Source of the DNA: Alphaproteobacteria bacterium
Lineage (GTDB): Bacteria; Pseudomonadota; Alphaproteobacteria; SHVV01
Reading direction: 5' to 3'
Assembly: GCA_965261735.1 (NCBI GenBank)
Contig: OZ253470.1
Location: 992,001-1,056,000, forward strand
DNA length: 64,000 nucleotides
The notes beneath the pieces were generated by a model that ran no database searches, was not told where the DNA came from, and saw only the letters and a program-made list of their open reading frames with translations. Shown here in pieces: positions 61,293 to 64,000 of this stretch (position 1 is its first letter; the number at the start of each line of letters is the position of its first letter). The position numbers and the translations under genes were made by a program.

Positions 61293-61970
61293 ATGGGAGA
61301 GTTGATCAGCGTGCGGGCCGACGACGGGCACGAGCTTGGTGCCTACGAGGCGAAAGCGGCGCCGAGCAAGGGCCGCGTCGTGGTCATCATGGAGATCCTC
61401 GGCGTCAACCGGCACATCCGCAACGTTTGCGACCGCTTTGCGGCGGCCGGATACACCGCGGTGGCGCCGGCCATGTTCGACCGCATCGAACGCGGCGTCG
61501 ATCTCGACCTCGATGAGGAGGGAGCGTTCGAGAAGGGCGTGGCCCTGATGAATGCCCTGCACCCGGACCGGGTCGAGGAGGAGCTGCTCGACATCAAGGC
61601 GGCGGCCGACCATCTAGGCGGAGCCGGGGAGGTCGGTGTGGTCGGCTATTCCTATGGCGGCACCTTGTCGTGGTGGGCCGCCTGTCGCCTCGATCTCGGT
61701 TGTGCGTCGAGCTACTACGGCCGCATCGACGCGACCCTCGGGGCCGAGGTGCCGCGGTGTGCGACCATCTGTCACTTCGGCGCCAAGGACACGTCGATCC
61801 CGGTCGCCATGGCCGAGGCGCTACGCGTTCAGCGCCCCGACATCGGCGTCTACGTCTACGACGCCGACCACGCGTTCAACAACGACGACGCGGCAGAATA
61901 TTACGATAAGGCCGCAGCCGCCCTGGCCCTGGGCCGCACGCTCGAGTTGTTCGCCGAGAACCTGAAATAG
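61293..61970 (+). CDS. Dienelactone hydrolase family protein
   Basis: MEILGVN, GYSYGG, SYYG, ADHAF. Confidence 0.85.
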   Translation: MGELISVRADDGHELGAYEAKAAPSKGRVVVIMEILGVNRHIRNVCDRFAAAGYTAVAPAMFDRIERGVDLDLDEEGAFEKGVALMNALHPDRVEEELLDIKAAADHLGGAGEVGVVGYSYGGTLSWWAACRLDLGCASSYYGRIDATLGAEVPRCATICHFGAKDTSIPVAMAEALRVQRPDIGVYVYDADHAFNNDDAAEYYDKAAAALALGRTLELFAENLK

Positions 61971-62004
61971 GGGCCGCGGCCGTGCCGGTTAGGGCGCAGC
62001 CCCC

Positions 62005-63282
62005 ATGGAGCATATTGGCCTCGCAGCGGTTGGCTTCGCCATCCTGGCCTACGGCCTCGTCTCGAGGCGCCTTCAGACCACGATCCTCACCGGGCCCATC
62101 GTTTTCGTCGCTTTCGGCGTCCTCGTTGGGCCGCATGCGCTCGGGCTCGCCGACCTCGATGCCGAGCTTCCCGTCATCAAGGGGCTCGCCGAGCTCACCC
62201 TTGCGCTCATTCTTTTCACCGACGCCTCGCGGATCGATCTGCGGCTGCTCAGGCGCGAGCACGATCTGCCGTTGCGCATGCTCGCGATCGGCCTGCCCCT
62301 GACCATCGCCGCCGGTGCGGTGCTGGCGCTGCCGCTGTTCGGGGGGTTGGGGCTTCTCGGGGGCGCCCTGCTCGCGGCGATCCTGGCGCCCACCGATGCC
62401 GCGCTGGGCCAGGCGGTCGTCAGCAACGAGAGGGTGCCGCTGCGCATCCGCCAGACCCTAAACGTTGAGAGCGGCCTCAATGACGGCATCGCGCTCCCGT
62501 GCGTCCTGATCCTGATCTCGTTCGCCGGGATGATGGGCCACGCGGCCGATAAATCGGCCGCGTTCTGGATCCAGTTCGCGGCCCTCCAGATTGTGCTTGG
62601 GCCGCTCGTCGGGATCTTGGTCGGCTACGCCGGCGGCAAGCTCATCGAGGCGGCGGCGCGGCGGCGCTGGATCAGTGGGCCTTTCCTTCGGCTTTCGGCC
62701 CTGGGGCTGGCGCTCCTCGCCATGGCCGCGGCCGAGCTCGTCGGCGGCAACGGGTTCATCGCGGCGTTCACCGCCGGGCTGATGTTGGGCAACTTCACCG
62801 ACGACATCTGCGAAAGCCTGTACGAGTTCGGCGAGGCCGAGGGGCAGCTCCTCACCATGCTCACCTTCATCATCTTCGGCGCGGTGATGGTACCCCCGGC
62901 GGTGGCGGCTCTCGATTGGCGGATCGGCCTCTATGCCCTCCTCAGCCTCACGGTGGTGCGCATGGTGCCGGTATGGCTGAGCCTTCAGGGGACCGGACTG
63001 AGGGGGCCGAGCTTCCTGTTTCTCGGCTGGTTCGGCCCGCGCGGGATCGCGTCCATCCTCTTCGTGATACTAGTGCTGAGCGAGGCCTCCTTGCTCGGCG
63101 CCGGGACCATCGTCAACACGGTGACCGTGACCGTGCTCGCCAGCGTGATCCTGCACGGCATGAGCGCCTACCCGGCGGCCGCTTGGTATGGCCGCCTGGC
63201 AGCGCGAATGACGGCGGATGACGATCCCTGTCTGGAGGATAAGCCGGTGACGGCCATGCCCCTCAGGCAGGCGGCTCGCTAG
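62005..63282 (+). CDS. Cation:proton antiporter (CPA1/NhaP-like)
   Basis: PTDAAL, VESGLNDG, GWFGPRGIAS. Confidence 0.9.
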   Translation: MEHIGLAAVGFAILAYGLVSRRLQTTILTGPIVFVAFGVLVGPHALGLADLDAELPVIKGLAELTLALILFTDASRIDLRLLRREHDLPLRMLAIGLPLTIAAGAVLALPLFGGLGLLGGALLAAILAPTDAALGQAVVSNERVPLRIRQTLNVESGLNDGIALPCVLILISFAGMMGHAADKSAAFWIQFAALQIVLGPLVGILVGYAGGKLIEAAARRRWISGPFLRLSALGLALLAMAAAELVGGNGFIAAFTAGLMLGNFTDDICESLYEFGEAEGQLLTMLTFIIFGAVMVPPAVAALDWRIGLYALLSLTVVRMVPVWLSLQGTGLRGPSFLFLGWFGPRGIASILFVILVLSEASLLGAGTIVNTVTVTVLASVILHGMSAYPAAAWYGRLAARMTADDDPCLEDKPVTAMPLRQAAR

Positions 63283-63683
63283 CCGCCCGCCCCCTGCGGC
63301 CACAACTCGGCGTAGACGGTGTCGCTGAGCCCGGCGAGCGCTACCCTTAGGGTGGCGTGGCGCTCGCGCGCCGCCGCGCTGCCGACGGGCCGCGCCTCGG
63401 TGTCGAAGTCGTTGATCGAGATGTCGGTGACCTTGTCCATCGAAAACGCCTTGATCTCGTCGTGGAGCGGCGTCTCGACGTAGTTCATGTAGCTCTCGAC
63501 CGCGTCGAACACGCCGACGATGGCGTGGCTGTAGGCGCCCGCCTGATCGACCACGTTCTCGCAATAGTCGTAGCTGACCACGCCCGGGAGCGCGCGGAAC
63601 GCATCGGCGAAGTCGTGCAGTCGCTGGTGATAGGCCTGATCGACGGTGTCGTCGAAACGCAGCATGACGACGTGAATGTACAT
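63279..63683 (-). CDS. Dabb (stress-responsive A/B barrel) family protein
   Basis: MYIHVVMLRF, LPGV, YSHA, YVETPLH. Confidence 0.7.
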   Translation of the reverse strand: MYIHVVMLRFDDTVDQAYHQRLHDFADAFRALPGVVSYDYCENVVDQAGAYSHAIVGVFDAVESYMNYVETPLHDEIKAFSMDKVTDISINDFDTEARPVGSAAARERHATLRVALAGLSDTVYAELWPQGAGG

Positions 63684-63707
63684 AGGGCCTTCCGCGCGCG
63701 GCGCGTG

Positions 63708-64000
63708 TCAGGACGTGGGGAACATGCGGTCGAGGTAGTGGTTGATGGCGTTGTGGATGCACCCCTCCATGCGCGCCATCGGGCCGGGCCGGAAGCGGCG
63801 CGAGGTCATGGCGCCCTGCAGCGAGATAACCATGTAGCGGTCCTCCTCCAGCACCTCGGTCATGTAGTCGCGGTAGATCTGCGCCTTGTCGGCGAAGTCG
63901 GGGCGCGCGAGGGACTCCGGAGCGAACAGGGCGTAGGTGATGAGCCGGCTCCGGGTGACGGAAAGCGGCCACACTACGATGACGTTGAACGTGTCGCAGT
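63708..64000 (-). CDS. Rieske ring-hydroxylating oxygenase alpha subunit, C-terminal part
   Basis: WPLSV, VLEED...LQ.AM.S...PG C-terminal pattern; runs off window. Confidence 0.65.
   Translation of the reverse strand, partial: CDTFNVIVVWPLSVTRSRLITYALFAPESLARPDFADKAQIYRDYMTEVLEEDRYMVISLQGAMTSRRFRPGPMARMEGCIHNAINHYLDRMFPTS

Noticed and set aside
1-64000. Many long antisense or alternate-frame ORFs (e.g. 5113-6993, 23602-25533, 58663-60474)
   Set aside because: Arg/Ala/Pro-rich shadows of real genes, expected at this GC content; no family motifs
1-64000. CRISPR array, tRNA, rRNA, retron or DGR
   Set aside because: No spaced repeat array, cloverleaf, rRNA-like stretch or reverse transcriptase seen by eye

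Overview
GC-rich alphaproteobacterial (Rhodospirillales-like) chromosome segment, read by eye with no database searches. 1-11.6 kb: intact minus-strand dcw cluster (mraZ-rsmH-ftsL-ftsI-murE-murF-mraY-murD-ftsW-murG-murC'), with 10-bp-phased TGGGN boxes and an alphaproteobacterial LexA-type box upstream. 11.8-18.6 kb: IS nest (IS630, two defective IS1595 copies, one nested in an IS5) around an adenylate cyclase-TolB-TPR gene and an HNH gene, each with one in-frame stop. 18.6-28.2 kb: moaB-SLT-UDG / ETF-QO-TPR-ispE block, with an IS1182-like element in the TPR gene's first codons. 29.3-30.5 kb: decapitated EPS-type regulatory head (wHTH plus NusG paralogue fused to a transposase remnant). 30.5-56.7 kb: catabolic region with four luciferase-like oxidoreductases, IorAB, a TPP enzyme, two amidases, decarboxylase-like enzymes and an ABC importer with two binding proteins, two permeases and one ATPase. 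At 57.0 kb the 5' halves of an Anbu-like protease and a circularly permuted ATP-grasp gene meet head-on at ATCGAT. No CRISPR, rRNA or tRNA seen. The best candidate for an undescribed system is the paralog-expanded LLM/ABC catabolic island, and its function is inference.
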